NCBI RefSeq assembly: GCF_018977255.1
Contig: NW_024704742.1
Coordinates: 23,810,001-23,874,000, forward strand
Reading direction: 5' to 3'
Length of the DNA: 64,000 bases
Origin: Callorhinchus milii
Lineage: Eukaryota
Part shown: positions 61,246-64,000 of the stretch, in pieces
Layout of the letters: every line of letters begins with the position of its first letter
How positions within the stretch are numbered: position 1 is the first letter of the stretch
The notes under the pieces: model-generated
What the model was told of the DNA's origin: nothing
The model's database searches: none
What the model saw: only the letters and a program-made list of their open reading frames with translations
Translations under genes and position numbers: made by a program

Positions 61246-62204
61246 CAGCACTCGTCAAAGCCATGTTCATGCAGCAGGGTAAATGGTGAGTGTCTCCGAC
61301 GTGCTGGTTTTGTCCCCTTGGATTCAGGTAGCAAGAGATGGTGGTCAAAATGGCTGATGTACAAACATATTATGGTGTTGTACACCATGGTTGTGCTATT
61401 TTGCTGTGTTGCGCTACATGCCTGCACTGCTCTGGGTGGCTGCCAGGCACCTGCCTTGCACTGGACGCCTACCTACAGCAAGGCAACTCTTGCCATATCC
61501 TTGTGAGCTGTTTGTGTGACATTGCCAGAGAACTGCTCATTGTTTCAGCCAGAGGGGTCTGCTACAAAAGTAAATTCCAGAAAGAGGAAGATGGGAAAAT
61601 AATGATTATTTAAAAGGGGGGGAAAGAAAATGTCTCTGACGTCAAAATGCCTAGTGGCGCTCACTGTGTAGATCTGTGCATGTAGAATTAGCGTGAGCGA
61701 GGTGCTGGTGGGTGGATAGGGCACTGTAGTCAGCGTGAGTCACTACCTTTTGAAGAACTGGGAATCAGAAGGATATTTCAGAGAGCTGAACTCCTACTTG
61801 TTATGCTCTGTGGTCATATCTCAGCCGGGCAAAGCTATCTTGTGTTAACATGCTGTTCACATGGTGGACATTAGATGGCGCTCAATGACCCATTCCGTAC
61901 TGATGTGGTAGGACTGATGTTTACAAAATTCAACCGTGAATTTTTGGCTCTCTGGTGCGTTATTATGACTAAGAACAGACAATCCTGTAGCCCTACACGC
62001 ACTCTCGTTCCAACACTGAATAAAATACACAGCTGTTAATGTATCTCAATACTTCAAAGGTCTACAGTTGTGGCTCTACACACACACACATACATTCTAC
62101 ATTGATCTTTTAAGTGGGGTCTCCGTGGGTGACATGCCTGGCAATGGAATGACGGAATCGAGCCAACCCTCTGTGGCGGTATCGGTTCCCGAGCCAGATG
62201 GGTC

Positions 62205-62368
62205 CAGATTTCCCTTTTATTTCTTCTTTCTGCTCTGGATTTCCCCTTTTTTCCCTGTTTTCCTCTGGATTTCCCTTTTTTCCCTCCTCCTCTGGATTTT
62301 CCCTGTGTTCCGCTTTCTCCTCTGTATTTTCCCTGTTTTCCTTAGGATTTCCCTTCTTTCCCATGTTC
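62205..62368. repeat. Pyrimidine-rich minisatellite (CTCTGGATTTCCC… units of about 27 nt)
   Basis: About six degenerate tandem units. Confidence 0.8.
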
Positions 62369-62369
62369 T

Positions 62370-62870
62370 ATGACTACTCTAACTCCCTGCTCACTGGACT
62401 CTTCCCTCCACGAACTGCAGATTACTCAGAACTCGTGTCCTCTCCCGCACCAAGCTCCAGAAGTTGATCACCTCCATCCTCGCCCAGTTCCACTGGCTCC
62501 CCATCCCCCCGAAGATCGAGTTTAAGATCCTCATCCTCACTTTGAAATCCATCCACGGTCTTGCCCACCCTTCTGTGACCTTTGAGCACCTTACCAACCC
62601 TACCTCGGCAGGCACTGATAGGAGATTCAGCCTTTCTGCACCCACTCTCTGGAACACCATCCCTGAGTCCCTTAACCTCACCCTTTCCCTCACCTCCTTC
62701 ACGGACCATTTCAAGACCTTCCTCTTTGATTGCACCTTCAGTCATCTTCCCATTCCAAGCCTTGGCCCCTCACCCTCACAAATCCAATCCCCAGCTCAGG
62801 TTCAAATTCTCGACTGTTTGGCACTTTGGGACCTGCTCCTGAATGAAAGGCTCTATATAATTTTTTAAAA
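62370..62870 (+). mobile_element. L2 LINE 3' end
   Basis: ITSILAQFHWLPIPPKIEFKILILTLKSIHGLA; tail at about 62815-62860. Confidence 0.8.
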
Positions 62871-64000
62871 CATATTTTTATTGTTTCAGAGTATTTAGTA
62901 CTGTAGAATTAGTAGATCTAAAGTGGGTGAGAGGAATTATTTAAATTCTCTTTGAGTATTTAACCCAATGTACAAACGCCAACAAAGTCTTCTTTTGTAA
63001 TAATATCACCAAAATGTGATTATCTAACCTAATCTAATTTGAAATGAATGCAAAACAATTACATTAGGGTAGATCACTCCAATGGGGAATTAACACAGCA
63101 GAGGCAGCATGGGCCAACAGTCCTCCTTCTATTCTATAATTAAAACTGTATTTTGACAAATCAGGGTGGTGATCACATAACTCTTCGCAGTATTATCTTC
63201 AAGTTATTTGGATGAATGGAAACACAAGTTGTGGCTCTACATCTATCTATCTATCTGCAAAAATGCCTTTATTTTCAATGAAATCAAATAGTTTCCAAAC
63301 CATCGCTCTTATTTTTCATCAAACTACACAGGTTCACAAACCTGTCTTTCCATGCAGTAAATAGACTCCATTCTTCATAGACAACGTGCCTATTAAACTC
63401 TCGCGCAGGTTTTTTTTTAGACCAGCAGCTGTTTCTGGAGAAAAACTGTTAAGTTCACTGTTTTGGTCCTTACTCAGACCACACCTGAGACAACTAAGTG
63501 AGTTGTAGCACTAGCTTGCAAAAGATAGTGGTTTATGCTTATGACTAGTTGGTCGGGTCAGGGTTGTTAAGTGCAGAGTGGTTATATTGGCATAGCAGCA
63601 GACGTCTTGAATGAATGTATCCCAGTTGATGAGGAAAATATTTGATATACAAGTTTTGAAAGTTGACATAGAGTTGCCATTAGATACAATGAACAATTTC
63701 TTGCCCGCTCTTAACATGTTTCTAGGACTTTGATTCAGAGATCTATCAACCTAGCCCTATAGGAGTCGAGCAGTATTTCCTTTGTAGATGACAGAGCAAA
63801 AATCTTGAGGTTCAGACTTTTCTTTCTAGTCCCACAAATTACCTGGCACTGAATGCTTTATTTAAAAAAAATCTACTTTTCATTGATCACTTTTTTTACG
63901 AAGATGAAATACTGCGATCCTTTCTGAAAACTAAGTTCCACTACTTCATTTTGTTTGCAATTCAAATGAATACAGTAAATCAATGTCATCATACTTTTTG

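Noticed and set aside
61000..64000. Next FHIP1A exon (expected GPF…KLENML-type motif)
   Set aside because: Not found; the gene presumably continues past the window end.

Overview
Eukaryotic (vertebrate) genomic DNA. The repeat content (L2 and CR1 LINEs, L2-tailed tRNA-SINEs, Deu-domain SINEs, Tx1, Penelope fragments) suggests a cartilaginous fish, probably a chimaera; this is inference. The window holds the 5' part of one + strand gene, FHIP1A (FAM160A1; FTS-Hook-interacting protein 1A). Eight coding exons (41834-60985) splice in frame through GT-AG introns to give about 812 codons. The remaining 3' exons are not visible and presumably lie beyond the window. Candidate non-coding 5' exons lie at about 3200-3541, 36645-36763 and from 40816. 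The rest is repeat-rich intron. No prokaryote-type system, CRISPR array or genuine RNA gene is supported. Best leads: (1) two decayed minimal hammerhead-ribozyme motifs in Penelope-like fragments; (2) a uORF-rich leader that includes a uORF created by splicing; (3) an inverted minisatellite pair just behind the start-codon exon; (4) a Tc1/mariner transposase relic; (5) a recurrent L2 breakpoint and a tails-out L2 fusion; (6) a possible poison exon. Family names come from recalled consensus motifs, not from database searches. Repeat boundaries are approximate.
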